This document shows positions 1-11,573 of a stretch of DNA of 64,000 nucleotides, in pieces. The stretch lies in NCBI GenBank assembly GCA_017406775.1, contig JAFQXV010000014.1, positions 22,962 to 86,961 of the forward strand, given 5' to 3'. The notes beneath the pieces are model-generated. The model saw nothing but the letters and a program-made list of their open reading frames with translations. It was not told the origin of the DNA and searched no databases. Within the stretch, counting starts at the first letter, position 1; each line of letters starts with the position of its first letter. The DNA is from Candidatus Saccharimonadota bacterium (GTDB taxonomy: Bacteria; Patescibacteriota; Saccharimonadia; Saccharimonadales; Saccharimonadaceae). The translations under genes and the position numbers were made by a program.

Positions 1-156
1 CACATATTCCCCATCATCCGGTTCGGCTTCTTCGTAATTCTTTATGCTAACCGCAATAATATTAGAAATAATTAGCCCAATTGTTAAAATACCAAGACCA
101 ATAATCGCAGCTTTATTATTTTGCCAAATACTTCTAATTAAATCTCTAAAATTCAT
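1..156 (-). CDS. Partial (runs off window) membrane-anchored hypothetical protein
   Basis: Hand translation from ATG at 156: MNFRDLIRSIWQNNKAAIIGLGILTIGLIISNIIAVSIKNYEEAEPDDGEYV; ATGA overlap with stop of upstream ORF; N-terminal hydrophobic helix. Confidence 0.75.
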   Translation of the reverse strand, partial: MNFRDLIRSIWQNNKAAIIGLGILTIGLIISNIIAVSIKNYEEAEPDDGEYV

Positions 157-860
157 CTGTCTCCCCCTGTAAATGGATTAACAAAATTGATGTATCTAAT
201 ATTATATTCCGCTGATTCACACTCGCAAAGATTATGAATTACCGTTAAAGCATTTTTTCGATCCGTTGCATCTATCGCAGAAATCTCTATTACTGGAATA
301 TCCGATCCTTCCTCGTAAAGATAAGAAATATTAAGATTATCGGATGCGTACGGTAATACTGATATTAAAGGGTATTTATTTAAAGGGTTAGCCGACGCAT
401 TTGCTATCGTGGCTAAATATTCAGTAATATATTTATTTTTATTACGAACTTCACTTATAACTCGATCAGGAATATCGGCTTCTTTTAAAACGTCTTCAGT
501 ATAAACCTGACCATTATACAAAATATCATATTCATTCCCCTCCTCCTTTACAATCAACAAGGAGCTATCACCATATTCATCCGCCGTAATGCTTGTCACT
601 AAAATAATCGTATAGTCACCAACTTTTGATATTTGATGCATTACATAATCATCAACATCAGATTCATATTCATCTTCAATTGTTTGCATTAATGTAGCAT
701 CTATATCAGATCGCAAAGCCTCTTCTTCAGAAATTGAGATTTCTTCCTGTGTAAGATTAGTTACCAGCAACACAACTAATGGCACAATAATAAATAGACT
801 ATAACAAATTATTAAACCCCACCTAACCAATAAGCTTCTTCTTTCCTCTATAGTTATCAT
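153..860 (-). CDS. Hypothetical protein with N-terminal membrane anchor
   Basis: 235-aa ORF, one TM segment near N-terminus followed by acidic soluble domain. Confidence 0.7.
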   Translation of the reverse strand: MITIEERRSLLVRWGLIICYSLFIIVPLVVLLVTNLTQEEISISEEEALRSDIDATLMQTIEDEYESDVDDYVMHQISKVGDYTIILVTSITADEYGDSSLLIVKEEGNEYDILYNGQVYTEDVLKEADIPDRVISEVRNKNKYITEYLATIANASANPLNKYPLISVLPYASDNLNISYLYEEGSDIPVIEISAIDATDRKNALTVIHNLCECESAEYNIRYINFVNPFTGGDR

Positions 861-892
861 ATATTATTATTTTAACATAATCTTCATTATAT

Positions 893-3800
893 TTAATGAC
901 CAAACCACCAAACTGAAGACCCAGCCCTAAATAGTTTATATAAATCATCTTCAGTGTAACCAATTGAAGAAACTTTTACACTTGGAGCAGAATCTTTTAC
1001 CCAATACTTACCATTTTCATATTTGTAAAACATAATTGCGTGACTACTACGTGTTCTAGTTGGCCCACCAGTGTTTAACAAAAACAGTGGACGAACACCA
1101 TTCTTTTCAAATATACTCGCCACTATCATGTGCCCACTTTGTAAATGACTTCTTAAAGTGCTAATTTTACGGGCATTAGCTTTACCAGTAAACACTTCAC
1201 CAGACCTTAGACCGTACAATTTAGGAGCACTTTCTCGTAATGCCCACCAGTTAATATCATCACTATGTCCATTACCATAATCATGCCATCCAGATACCTC
1301 ACTCTTTATTTTTTGTGACACTGCCATTGGAGTAAGACTCTGATCGTTATTTAATATCGCAATGGCCATCGTTGTAGCTATTAAACCACAAGCCGATGTT
1401 GCACCAAATTTCGCAGAGTCACACGACCCACTACACTGTCTAAACATTAACGATTCACCCCAGGAATTTAGCACTGCACCAATCTCGGCTGTCGCTCCTT
1501 CAGTATTTCTAAATACATGATAACCTTCATTTATATATTGAGAAATATCCGACGCATAATCTGATGTTGGCCACCACTGACAATAAGAAGCCGATGCCAT
1601 CGGACTACTAAATCCAATGTCACCAACATATATTAATACATGTCCAATAGTATAACTTGGGCATGTAATCCCCGCAGCATTATTACAAATAATCACATCG
1701 CCAGGCATTGCATCACTGTTATTCTTTATTTTAGATGTCACATCATCCCATTTATCAGATTTTCGCAAATATGGTACCTGATCATAAGTTCCGCTAGGTA
1801 CATAATCTGTATCCCATCCGCTTTCGTATATCAGATTATAAACAAAAGAACCGCAATCTTTTCCAGCCAAGCCACAAGCGCCCGCCCCCGGATGCTTTGT
1901 ATGCTTCATTACATTAGCATAAGCCGTCTTAGGAGTATTTAATTTACTATTAAAATCTTCGTAGGCCCATTCCTTTACTAGTGCTTGCAAACCACTTGCA
2001 TCCTTTGCTACATATGTAGAGCAAGAACCCGTACTATCACCACAACCTACTGCACCGAATTGCGCCACCACCGCCTGGCCCTCTGGACTATTAATATATT
2101 CAGTTAAAGAGTTGATAGAATTCTTCATTCCATCAATCGTACTATATCCAGGACCATTAGAGTCACCCTGCACCCACACTGGACCTAAGGCCTTTAGATA
2201 TTCAAATGGATCAGTTTGTTTTAGCGCAACATCGTAATACCCATTATGAATCGTTTTTCCATACAGCTCAAATCCCTCACCCAAATTAGTGACATTGGAA
2301 CCACCACCAGTACCAGTGCCAGGGTAGCAGGCTATACCCCAGAAATTATTATTACCACACACCGCTTTAGGATCTTCATATCTACCTTGTACCAATATAG
2401 CAATCCACGGAATTCCATAAGCGTTACCAGTCCGATAAGCCAAATCACCATAATTTTCTAACAATGTCTTCATAGATGCATTATCACCATCCCCGAATGT
2501 TAGCGGTCCTACCTCGTTTGCTTGTTTTTCAGCATTTTTTGCACCAGATATACTATCTTCATTTGTACTTAAGTTACAATCGCTTCTACTGAGTGCCGCC
2601 TGTACAAATGGCCAAATATTACCAGTATCATTATGATTATTTATACCCGGTACGTGCATATGTGCTAAAATTCCCGTCGCCTTTTTAAAGGCACTTTCCG
2701 TCATTCTTAATTTATTCACATCTCCCTTCCAAGATACAGGAGTTGTCAATGGAAGATTAGCGCCATTAGCACTCCCCCATTTGTTAATAGCTGTTAATAG
2801 TTTTCCTAAATAATTCCAGCCATCTACGCTTATTTTAGAAAAACAATATTTACTACCAGTATAATCAGTACCGTCTATTATGCATTTAGAAGTTTCACTA
2901 GGGTTATCCGGATTATCTGCCTGAAAGCCAAATCCCACAATTTCTATCTGAATATTATCCATCACATCAGCTGAGTCCACTAAAGCTCCAGATGGCACGC
3001 TTATAGGATAGTGTTGTGATACCTTTTTATTTAATAAATCAATCGTAAAATGCGCGGCTGCCCTCTTGTCGCCATATGCCGCCAATCCCGCCGTCTCACC
3101 TTGAGTATAGTGAAGGATAATTTTGTTTGGTTTACCACCATCATATTTAGTATTAAGAGCAGGCGCTTCTTCTTTGGTGTATCCCTCCATACCCCCAGTA
3201 ATCCAGCCTTCCGTGCTCCATTCTACATTACTCGCCGAATCATCCGACTCAACCGTAGTTAACCCCACTGATTGGCTACCGCCACATTGAGATTTCATAC
3301 TATCGCTCCAAGTTTCCGTATTATCCCATCCCCAGCATTCCCAACCACTATTAATATTACCACCTGCAGCACTTATCATTTCCGAACACATTCCACCATT
3401 TTTATACGGCGATGAATCATAATCTAAATCTTTACACTCACCGCCATTTTCATTATCACTATTCACCCATAGACAAGAGAGGTGTCCTCCCGTACCAGCA
3501 TCTCCACCCGGATACCAAGATGCATTTCCAGTTGCAAAATTTGTTACGTTACTTCCAGCTAAGGCCTTCTCTATCCATCTTTGCTCTCTTTCCGAAATAC
3601 TATGACTACCAGAACACGGCTGCCCTCCCCTAAATGCGCCACATAAGCCATTTAACCAACCATTCAGATTGCCATTAGACCTGGCTATCACCTGGTTCAT
3701 ATAACCTTCTATTCCAGCCAATGAGTCATTTTCGTGCGACACCACATACATAAAGTTTTCTTTATCTTTGTCGGATGCACTATCCCACATCGCCGTTCTC

Positions 3801-4027
3801 AGCTCAGCTAATTTAGTACACCCGCCCTCCGCCGTCGTCATCTTCCTCGCCAAGCTAGAACCTCCATCACACGGGTCATAGAAATAAATATCGTTTTGAG
3901 AAAATATCCCACCTAACCCATTTCTTTGTAGATAATTCCAGTCCGCATAAACATCATTAGTATTAAAGCCAAACAGGCATAAAAAACCGAGCAAACATAA
4001 CCCACCAATAAGATTCTTAGCCTTCAC
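893..4027 (-). CDS. Secreted multi-domain peptidoglycan hydrolase/peptidase (amidase_2, GH73-like, NlpC/P60-CHAP-like, C39-like)
   Basis: Signal peptide; IILHYTQG..AAHFTID..AHMHVP..HNDTG (Zn amidase); QGRYE..NNFWGI (glucosaminidase-like); DCGSFV..PGDVII..GHVLIYVG (NlpC/P60); SACGLIA..HAIMF..WVKDS (C39-like). Confidence 0.75.
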   Translation of the reverse strand: MKAKNLIGGLCLLGFLCLFGFNTNDVYADWNYLQRNGLGGIFSQNDIYFYDPCDGGSSLARKMTTAEGGCTKLAELRTAMWDSASDKDKENFMYVVSHENDSLAGIEGYMNQVIARSNGNLNGWLNGLCGAFRGGQPCSGSHSISEREQRWIEKALAGSNVTNFATGNASWYPGGDAGTGGHLSCLWVNSDNENGGECKDLDYDSSPYKNGGMCSEMISAAGGNINSGWECWGWDNTETWSDSMKSQCGGSQSVGLTTVESDDSASNVEWSTEGWITGGMEGYTKEEAPALNTKYDGGKPNKIILHYTQGETAGLAAYGDKRAAAHFTIDLLNKKVSQHYPISVPSGALVDSADVMDNIQIEIVGFGFQADNPDNPSETSKCIIDGTDYTGSKYCFSKISVDGWNYLGKLLTAINKWGSANGANLPLTTPVSWKGDVNKLRMTESAFKKATGILAHMHVPGINNHNDTGNIWPFVQAALSRSDCNLSTNEDSISGAKNAEKQANEVGPLTFGDGDNASMKTLLENYGDLAYRTGNAYGIPWIAILVQGRYEDPKAVCGNNNFWGIACYPGTGTGGGSNVTNLGEGFELYGKTIHNGYYDVALKQTDPFEYLKALGPVWVQGDSNGPGYSTIDGMKNSINSLTEYINSPEGQAVVAQFGAVGCGDSTGSCSTYVAKDASGLQALVKEWAYEDFNSKLNTPKTAYANVMKHTKHPGAGACGLAGKDCGSFVYNLIYESGWDTDYVPSGTYDQVPYLRKSDKWDDVTSKIKNNSDAMPGDVIICNNAAGITCPSYTIGHVLIYVGDIGFSSPMASASYCQWWPTSDYASDISQYINEGYHVFRNTEGATAEIGAVLNSWGESLMFRQCSGSCDSAKFGATSACGLIATTMAIAILNNDQSLTPMAVSQKIKSEVSGWHDYGNGHSDDINWWALRESAPKLYGLRSGEVFTGKANARKISTLRSHLQSGHMIVASIFEKNGVRPLFLLNTGGPTRTRSSHAIMFYKYENGKYWVKDSAPSVKVSSIGYTEDDLYKLFRAGSSVWWFGH

Positions 4028-4035
4028 AATTTTAA

Positions 4036-6969
4036 TTATAACACGATTTTCCGCAAATATTCACCAGTAGGCGTTTTTGCACTTTTGGCTAATTCTTCCG
4101 GCGTGCCAGCTGCTACTACCATTCCACCTTTTTGTCCACCTTCAGGGCCCATATCAATCACATAGTCTGCCGATTTAATAACATGTAAATTATGTTCAAT
4201 TATAATCATCGTGTTTCCGCCGTCCACTAATCTATTCAAAATCCCGAGTAACCTTTTTACATCATCCGTATGTAAACCTGTAGTTGGTTCATCTAGAATA
4301 TATAAAGTTTTACCGGTAGAACGTCTTGCGAGCTCAGTAGCCAACTTAATTCTTTGTGCCTCACCGCCACTAAATGTTGTAGCCGGTTGCCCTAGCTTAA
4401 TATAACCCAATCCTACCTCTTGGATCGTTTTTAATTTGCCTGCAATCGATGGGATATTTGCAAAAAACTCCACCGCCTCATCAATTGTCATATCTAGCAC
4501 CTGTGAGATGTCTTTACCTTTATATTTAATCTCCAAAGCCTCTGCATTATATCTCTTACCGTGACATTTTGGACATGTCACATAAACATCTGGCAAAAAA
4601 TGCATCTCAATCTTATTTACACCATCTCCCTGACAATTTTCACATCTACCACCTTTAACATTGAAAGAAAATCTACCGGCTTTATATCCACGCACCTCCG
4701 CTTCTGGTTGCCCCGCAAATAATTCGCGAATTTGCGTAAATACACCAGTGTATGTAGCTGGATTACTTCTCGGCGTCCTCCCAATCGGTGATTGATCAAT
4801 TACAATTACCTTATTAATATTTTCAATTCCGTCAATCCTTTCATGCGTACCAGACACCGTCTGCGCACGATGTAATCTCGCCAATAATTCATTTGCAAGT
4901 ATACTATTAACCAATGTAGATTTGCCAGATCCAGACACACCAGACACTACCGTCATTACTCCAAGCGGAAAATGCACATCAATGTTTTTCAAATTATTTT
5001 CCCGCGCACCTACTACTACCAATTCCTGCCCCCGTTTTGCTTTTCTCCTCTTTTTAGGTACTGGAATCTTCTCTTCTCCACGTAAATATTTACCGGTAAT
5101 AGAATTCGGATTGTTCATAATTTCTTCCGGTGTGCCAGCCGCCACTAAACGTCCACCCTGTTTTCCAGCTCCTGGACCAATATCAATAATATAATCCGAC
5201 GCCAACATCGTGTCCTCATCATGTTCAACCACCAGCACGGTATTCTTAAGATCTCTCAAGTGTTTAAGCGTTGAAATTAATTTATCATTATCCCTTTGGT
5301 GTAATCCGATCGAAGGTTCATCAAGCACATAAAGTACGCCTTGCAATCCCGAGCCAATCTGAGTTGCTAAGCGAATTCTTTGCGCCTCGCCACCAGACAA
5401 TGTATTCGCCGCCCTTCCTAATTCCAAATAGCCTAATCCCACATCCTGCATAAACTTTACTCGTTCTCTTATTTCTTTTAAGATGGGTTTAGCAATCAAA
5501 TCTTCCGACTCACTGAATCCTAAATCTTGATTTAATACTTCTAACGTAGAATCCACATCCAAATTACACATGTCCATAATATTTAAGTCATGCACTGTGA
5601 CTGCTAGTACCGCCGGTTTCAATCTAGCGCCATGGCACTCCTGACATTCCCTTACCCGCATAAACCTTTCAATATCTTTTTTCATAAATTCAGAAATTTT
5701 TGGATCATTATAACGTCTTTCCAGTGTCGGTATTACTCCTTCATAGGTGGTTTGGTATACAGTTCCATCTGCAAATCTACCAGAACCACTAATTCGCATT
5801 TCATACTTTTCCTCACCTGTACCATATAAAATAATTTGTCGTTGTTCTTCCGTGAGCTCTCCAATTGGCACGTGTAAAGAAAATCCGTGTTTTGCGCCCA
5901 CACCAGCCAATCTTTTCATCCACCAGGAATCTTGCTGCACTCGATTAAAAGGCCTAATTCCACCTTCAGCAATTGTTAAATTTTTGTTAAAAACCAAACT
6001 CGGATCAATTTCCATCCTAGAACCAAGCCCAGTGCAAACCGGACAGGCCCCTTCTGGGGCATTAAAACTAAAAAGTCTAGGAGTTAACTCTGGGATCAGT
6101 TCATCTGGATGATCCGGACAAGCATAACGCTGAGAATATACCAAGACCTCCGCCTTATTCGGGTCTATTTTTGATTCTCCTACAGCCGTAGTTGTATCAT
6201 TTATCTTTAATAACTGGATCACTCCCTGTCCAATTTCTAAGGCCTGTTCTATAGAACCAGCAATCCTCGTCTTTAATTCCGGATTCAATACAAATCTATC
6301 GATTACGATTTCAATATTGTGCCGTTCATTTTTATTTAATTCTGGAAATTCGTCTAAAGCGTAAATAATCCCGTCCACTCTTACCCTGGAAAAACCCTTT
6401 GCCGAATATTGTTCCGGCACGTGCAAAAATTCGCCTTTTTTGGATTGAATAATTGGTGCAAGTAACATTAATTTAGAGCCTAGAGGTAATTTAAGGACTT
6501 CGTTCACGATATCCTCAACCGATCTTTTAGAGACGGGCTTATGACAAACCGGACAATGAGGCACCCCCACTCGCGCAAATAATAACCTTAAATAATCGTA
6601 AACTTCCGTTACCGTAGCTACTGTAGAGCGCGGATTTCTAGATGTTGATTTTTGATCTATTGAAATTGCCGGCGAAAGTCCCGTAATAGAATCTACGTCC
6701 GGTTTATCCATAATCCCCAAAAACATTCTTGCATAGGAACTCAAAGACTCCACGTATCGTCTTTGCCCTTCCGCATAGACAGTATCAAAGGCGAGCGACG
6801 ATTTACCAGAACCAGAAAGACCAGTAATGATTACTAGTTTATCTCTCGGAATATCCACATCTAAATTTTGCAAGTTGTTTTGTCTTGCCCCACGCACCCG
6901 AATCACATTATCATTACCAAAAATTTCCCCCTTCAAATCCCTGTCTTTTATCTCTTTATCCGTATCCAT
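4036..6969 (-). CDS. uvrA: Excinuclease ABC subunit A
   Basis: Two ABC modules [14 protein letters not shown] / [21 protein letters not shown], Zn-finger Cys motifs. Confidence 0.99.
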   Translation of the reverse strand: MDTDKEIKDRDLKGEIFGNDNVIRVRGARQNNLQNLDVDIPRDKLVIITGLSGSGKSSLAFDTVYAEGQRRYVESLSSYARMFLGIMDKPDVDSITGLSPAISIDQKSTSRNPRSTVATVTEVYDYLRLLFARVGVPHCPVCHKPVSKRSVEDIVNEVLKLPLGSKLMLLAPIIQSKKGEFLHVPEQYSAKGFSRVRVDGIIYALDEFPELNKNERHNIEIVIDRFVLNPELKTRIAGSIEQALEIGQGVIQLLKINDTTTAVGESKIDPNKAEVLVYSQRYACPDHPDELIPELTPRLFSFNAPEGACPVCTGLGSRMEIDPSLVFNKNLTIAEGGIRPFNRVQQDSWWMKRLAGVGAKHGFSLHVPIGELTEEQRQIILYGTGEEKYEMRISGSGRFADGTVYQTTYEGVIPTLERRYNDPKISEFMKKDIERFMRVRECQECHGARLKPAVLAVTVHDLNIMDMCNLDVDSTLEVLNQDLGFSESEDLIAKPILKEIRERVKFMQDVGLGYLELGRAANTLSGGEAQRIRLATQIGSGLQGVLYVLDEPSIGLHQRDNDKLISTLKHLRDLKNTVLVVEHDEDTMLASDYIIDIGPGAGKQGGRLVAAGTPEEIMNNPNSITGKYLRGEEKIPVPKKRRKAKRGQELVVVGARENNLKNIDVHFPLGVMTVVSGVSGSGKSTLVNSILANELLARLHRAQTVSGTHERIDGIENINKVIVIDQSPIGRTPRSNPATYTGVFTQIRELFAGQPEAEVRGYKAGRFSFNVKGGRCENCQGDGVNKIEMHFLPDVYVTCPKCHGKRYNAEALEIKYKGKDISQVLDMTIDEAVEFFANIPSIAGKLKTIQEVGLGYIKLGQPATTFSGGEAQRIKLATELARRSTGKTLYILDEPTTGLHTDDVKRLLGILNRLVDGGNTMIIIEHNLHVIKSADYVIDMGPEGGQKGGMVVAAGTPEELAKSAKTPTGEYLRKIVL

Positions 6970-7046
6970 TTTTCCTGCCTTCGCTTAAAATAAACGCGTA
7001 TATTATACCAAAATATTCAAGTTTTGTCTATGATATAATAGACAAT

Positions 7047-7553
7047 GTGAAACAAAACGAAAGACCAACGCAGGATGTCAAAACCAGCCAGCATGCTCTT
7101 AGGTATTTTTTTGTCGGCGTCGGAATCACCCTGTTCAATTACGTTCTTTTCGCCATCATCGCCAATTTAATTATAAAAAACAACAATTTTCTTTGGCTCT
7201 CCAATCTAATTGCCACTTCAATTACCGTTATCGTAGCTTATATCGCACATTCCAAAATCACTTGGAAAGAACGCGATGTTACAAAATATTCAATCATGAG
7301 ATTTTTCATCTGGAATGCCCTCCTTGCTATTCTTATTAGCCCTGCCCTTACCCAGTTATTCAGTTTTTTTACTCCACTTTATGAGCTCGCCTTTAATATC
7401 ACCAACGCAATTCATCTATCTTTTTCTTATGAATTCATTCTCACTACTGGCGCCTTTGCTTTGACTTCTGTTGTTATTATGGTTTTAAATTTCCTATTTT
7501 ACGACAAGTTTGTTTTTCAAAGGAATAAACAAACAGAGAAAAAAGATGAATAA
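7047..7553 (+). CDS. GtrA-family flippase-like membrane protein
   Basis: LRYFFVGVGITLFNY...NFLFYDKFVF; 4 TM; start moved to GTG 7047 downstream of TGATATAAT. Confidence 0.8.
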   Translation: MKQNERPTQDVKTSQHALRYFFVGVGITLFNYVLFAIIANLIIKNNNFLWLSNLIATSITVIVAYIAHSKITWKERDVTKYSIMRFFIWNALLAILISPALTQLFSFFTPLYELAFNITNAIHLSFSYEFILTTGAFALTSVVIMVLNFLFYDKFVFQRNKQTEKKDE

Positions 7554-8493
7554 ACCCATAGTTACAATCATAGTTCCAGTTTATAATACAGCCAAATATA
7601 TTTCTCGATGCTTAGACTCCATCATTAACCAAACTTATTCTTTTCTCGAAATCATCTGTGTTAACGATGGCTCCAACGATAATTCCGCCAAAATCCTTCA
7701 AGAATACTCAAAAAAAGACAGCCGTATTAAGATTATTAATCAAGAAAATCAAGGATTATCGTCTGCTCGCAACACAGGCCTCAAGCACGCAACCGGTAAA
7801 TTTATCACTTTTGTTGATTCTGATGACGAAATAACTCCATCTATGGTTTCTGATTTATTAAATGCTATTAAATCAACTAACTCCGACATTTCTATCTGTT
7901 CTTTTATAGAAACATTTCAAAACGGAAAAACGAAACCATTCCCACATGTTGTAAAACAAAAAACCTATTCCACTGTGCAGGCCATTAGAGCAATGTTAAA
8001 AGAAGAGAATTTCAATCTAACCGCCACCATGAAATTATATAAAGCTAGTATTGTAAAAAATCTCACGTTTCCCGTAGGCAAACTTCACGAAGATGTTGGT
8101 TTTACTTATCAAGCTTTTACAAAAGCTTCAAAAATTGTCTTCACTCCAAACGACGATTACATTTATCATCATCACGGTAATTCTATTGTTTCTAAATTTG
8201 ACAGCCGTAAATTCGATCTTATTGAGCTCACCGATAAAATGTGTAGAGAAATAGACGCAAGTTTTCCTCAACTCAAGAATTCTACCCACGAACGCCGCAT
8301 GCGCGCCAGGTTTTCAATTCTTCGACAAATCCCACTAGACCATCCACGCAAAAAAGAACTTATAGATTACCTAAAAACCCACAAAACCTTCATCACCAAA
8401 AATCCAGAAGCCAGCCTTAAAGACAAACTCGCCCTAAGGCTCGCGCTTCTTAGTCCAAAACTTTTTCAAAAATCTTATAAATTATTCAAATAA
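7546..8493 (+). CDS. Glycosyltransferase family 2
   Basis: IIVPVYN, VNDGSND, GLSSARNTG, FVDSDD; start at ATG 7546. Confidence 0.95.
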   Translation: MNKPIVTIIVPVYNTAKYISRCLDSIINQTYSFLEIICVNDGSNDNSAKILQEYSKKDSRIKIINQENQGLSSARNTGLKHATGKFITFVDSDDEITPSMVSDLLNAIKSTNSDISICSFIETFQNGKTKPFPHVVKQKTYSTVQAIRAMLKEENFNLTATMKLYKASIVKNLTFPVGKLHEDVGFTYQAFTKASKIVFTPNDDYIYHHHGNSIVSKFDSRKFDLIELTDKMCREIDASFPQLKNSTHERRMRARFSILRQIPLDHPRKKELIDYLKTHKTFITKNPEASLKDKLALRLALLSPKLFQKSYKLFK

Positions 8494-9473
8494 GTAATCG
8501 TATCACGCATCGCATCTTCTACTGTCAATTCAGTTTTCCAACCAAGTTCTCTTTCAGCCTTCGACGGATCCGCATAAATCTCCGCTAAATCACCGGCTCT
8601 TCGCCCAACTACCTTATATGGTAATTTCTTTTTACTTGCTTTTTCAAACGCCTTAATCATCTCAAAAACCGACGTTCCTTTACCAGTCCCAAGATTATAA
8701 ATCGACACGCCAGGCTTAATACCGTTAATCGCAGCTACATGTCCCTTTGCAAGATCCACTACATGAATATAATCACGTAAACATGTTCCATCCAAAGTTG
8801 GATAGTCATCACCGAATACCGACAACTCTTTTATTTCTCCTCGTGCCACTTTCATAATGATTGGCATTAAATTATTCGGAATGCCCTTCGGATCTTCTCC
8901 TATAAGTCCAGATTCATGGTTACCTACTGGATTAAAGTATCGCAAAATCACGACTTCAAATTCTGGGTCAGACTCCACAATATCCTTCAAAATTTCTTCA
9001 ATCATGTGCTTAGTTTCGCCATAAGGATTTGTAATACCAATTCCTGTTGGCATTGTTTCCACTAACTTAGCTACCGGCTGTTCACCATATACTGTCGCTG
9101 AAGACGAAAAGATAATTTTTTTCACGCCATATGCTTTCATGCACTTTAGTAGATTAATTGTTCCGCCAATATTATTTTCATAATATCTCAATGGTTGTTC
9201 TACCGATTCGCCTACCGCTTTCAGTCCCGCAAAATGAATTACTAAATCATATTGATTTTCTTCAAATATTTTTTTCAACGCATCATAATTAAGTAAATCA
9301 ACTTCGTAAAAATTCGGCTTCTTCCCAGCAATCTCCTTAATCTTATCTAAAACTTCAATTTTAGAATTTACCAGATTATCTATTACGTCAATCTCGTAAT
9401 CTTGCTTATATAATTCAATAATTGTATGTGAACCAATATATCCGGTTCCTCCCGTTACTAGTATCCTCTTCAT
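8475..9473 (-). CDS. galE: UDP-glucose 4-epimerase
   Basis: GGTGYIGSHT, HFAGLKAVGES, FSSSATVYG, YGETK, LRYFNPVG. Confidence 0.97.
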   Translation of the reverse strand: MKRILVTGGTGYIGSHTIIELYKQDYEIDVIDNLVNSKIEVLDKIKEIAGKKPNFYEVDLLNYDALKKIFEENQYDLVIHFAGLKAVGESVEQPLRYYENNIGGTINLLKCMKAYGVKKIIFSSSATVYGEQPVAKLVETMPTGIGITNPYGETKHMIEEILKDIVESDPEFEVVILRYFNPVGNHESGLIGEDPKGIPNNLMPIIMKVARGEIKELSVFGDDYPTLDGTCLRDYIHVVDLAKGHVAAINGIKPGVSIYNLGTGKGTSVFEMIKAFEKASKKKLPYKVVGRRAGDLAEIYADPSKAERELGWKTELTVEDAMRDTITYLNNL

Positions 9474-9510
9474 ATGACAATTATACCATTCTATGGTAAA
9501 ATTAATAGGT

Positions 9511-10323
9511 ATGAATATTCCTCACGTGTTGAATAAAAAGAACCGAGTCCTCCTATCCGAGTTAACCAAAACTGATTTTAAACTCCGTTATCAAGGCTCA
9601 GTTCTTGGCTATCTATGGGCTTTACTTCGCCCTTTAATGATGTTTGCTATTCTTTATATTGTTTTTGCAAAATTACTTCGCTTTGGCGGCGATATTCCTC
9701 ATTACCCAGTCTACCTTCTTACCGGCACAACAATGTGGAGCTTCTTTACCGAATGTACTTCCCAAGGTATTCAAGCCATGGTTGTACGTGGCGATCTTAT
9801 TCGTAAAATTTCTTTTCCTAAATACATAGTTGTAGTCTCCGCAACATTAACCGCAGTCATCAATATGCTCATCAATCTAGTCGTTGTCGTAATTTTTGCT
9901 CTTATCAACGGAGTCGAACCTAGCTGGACCTGGTTACTAGTGCCGCTATCTCTCGTCGAATTATATACCCTGGCCCTTGGCATTTCTTTCCTGCTTGGCG
10001 CCATTAACGTCAAATATCGTGATATTACGTCAATCTGGGACGTCTGTATCCAAGCTCTTTTCTACGCCGTGCCAATCATCTATCCTATCACTATGGTAGC
10101 AAGCACCAGCACTATCGCCGCCAAAATTATCCTTATCAATCCTATCGCCCAGGCCATCCAAGACATCCGCTATAATCTCATTACGCATGAAACCATCACA
10201 ACCTGGAATTACGTAAGCAATTTTTGGCTGCAAATTCTTCCAATCATAATCATCGTTCTTATTCTCGTTTTTGCAACAATATATTTCCGTAAGAAGTCAA
10301 AATATTTCGCGGAGAATGTATAA
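9511..10323 (+). CDS. wzm: Polysaccharide ABC transporter permease
   Basis: DFKLRYQGSVLGYLWALLRPL, YRDITSIW; start at ATG 9511. Confidence 0.93.
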   Translation: MNIPHVLNKKNRVLLSELTKTDFKLRYQGSVLGYLWALLRPLMMFAILYIVFAKLLRFGGDIPHYPVYLLTGTTMWSFFTECTSQGIQAMVVRGDLIRKISFPKYIVVVSATLTAVINMLINLVVVVIFALINGVEPSWTWLLVPLSLVELYTLALGISFLLGAINVKYRDITSIWDVCIQALFYAVPIIYPITMVASTSTIAAKIILINPIAQAIQDIRYNLITHETITTWNYVSNFWLQILPIIIIVLILVFATIYFRKKSKYFAENV

Positions 10324-11573
10324 TGAAAAAAATAATAGGAACGCGAATTGAAGTAAACGACCCAAACAACGATACCGTTATTAAAGTCGACGGACTTTCC
10401 AAATCATTTAAGCTTCCAACCGAACGTTCAGATAGTCTTAAGGGCTCAGTTTTTAATTTCATTCGTGGCATTAAAGGATACAAAAAACAAACTGTCCTTA
10501 AAAACATTAATTTTGAAGTCAAACGTGGCGATTTTCTTGGTATCGTTGGCCGCAACGGCTCGGGCAAATCCACCTTACTTAAGATTCTCGCTGGCGTCTA
10601 TTATCCAGAAAAAGGCCGAATCACCGTTAATGGTAATTTAATTCCTTTTATCGAACTTGGCGTTGGTTTTAATCCAGAACTCACTGGACGTGAAAATGTC
10701 TATCTTAATGGCTCACTCTTAGGTTTTTCTAATAAAGAAATGGACGCCATGTACGACGAAATTGTCGAGTTCGCCGAACTCGAAGATTTTATGGACCAAA
10801 AACTTAAAAACTTCTCTTCCGGCATGCAGGTCCGTCTAGCCTTTTCTATTGCCATCAAAGCCCAGGGTGATATTTTAGTACTCGATGAAGTCCTTGCCGT
10901 TGGCGACGAAGCCTTCCAGACTAAATGCAATCAATTTTTTAATAAAATAAAAAAAGACAAGACTAAAACCGTTATTCTCGTTACTCATTCTATGGAAAAC
11001 GTTCGCCAATATTGCAATCGCGCCATCCTCATTCGTGATGGAATCGTCAAAATCGATGGTAGTCCAGAAGACGTTGCTAATAGTTATAGCCTAGAAAATG
11101 CCGAACGCTCTAAATCCAATAAAAATGGAGGCGGAATTTTTAAAGATAATCCGATCAAAAACCTCAAAGTAAAACTAGACTCGCCAAAACAAATCAGCCA
11201 AAAAGATACCTTAAAAATTAATATCACTTATGACGTAGAAGAAAACATTAATACTTTTGCTGCTATCACGCTATGGGATATAGCTCGTAGTCAAACCTTG
11301 ATTAATAGTAATTCCAGAAACAAACCTTGTAAAGGAAAAGGTCAAAAATCTCTAAGTTTTAATTTTGACTTATCCGCCCTAAATGATACAAATATTCGCA
11401 TTTATTGTTCCGTCCGAGATATCGATGGCTCCATTCTCTCCTATAGCCTAGATGAACTATCTCCAACCATTGTCTTCCGACGTGACGATTATGAAAACAT
11501 GAATAAGAAAACTACAGATGCTATATTATTCAATCGTGGAGAATACTCAAACCATGAAAAAAACAGATCATAA
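10323..11573 (+). CDS. wzt: Polysaccharide ABC transporter ATPase with C-terminal extension
   Basis: GRNGSGKSTLL, FSSGMQVRLAFS, LDEVLAVGD; about 150-aa C-terminal domain. Confidence 0.95.
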   Translation: MKKIIGTRIEVNDPNNDTVIKVDGLSKSFKLPTERSDSLKGSVFNFIRGIKGYKKQTVLKNINFEVKRGDFLGIVGRNGSGKSTLLKILAGVYYPEKGRITVNGNLIPFIELGVGFNPELTGRENVYLNGSLLGFSNKEMDAMYDEIVEFAELEDFMDQKLKNFSSGMQVRLAFSIAIKAQGDILVLDEVLAVGDEAFQTKCNQFFNKIKKDKTKTVILVTHSMENVRQYCNRAILIRDGIVKIDGSPEDVANSYSLENAERSKSNKNGGGIFKDNPIKNLKVKLDSPKQISQKDTLKINITYDVEENINTFAAITLWDIARSQTLINSNSRNKPCKGKGQKSLSFNFDLSALNDTNIRIYCSVRDIDGSILSYSLDELSPTIVFRRDDYENMNKKTTDAILFNRGEYSNHEKNRS

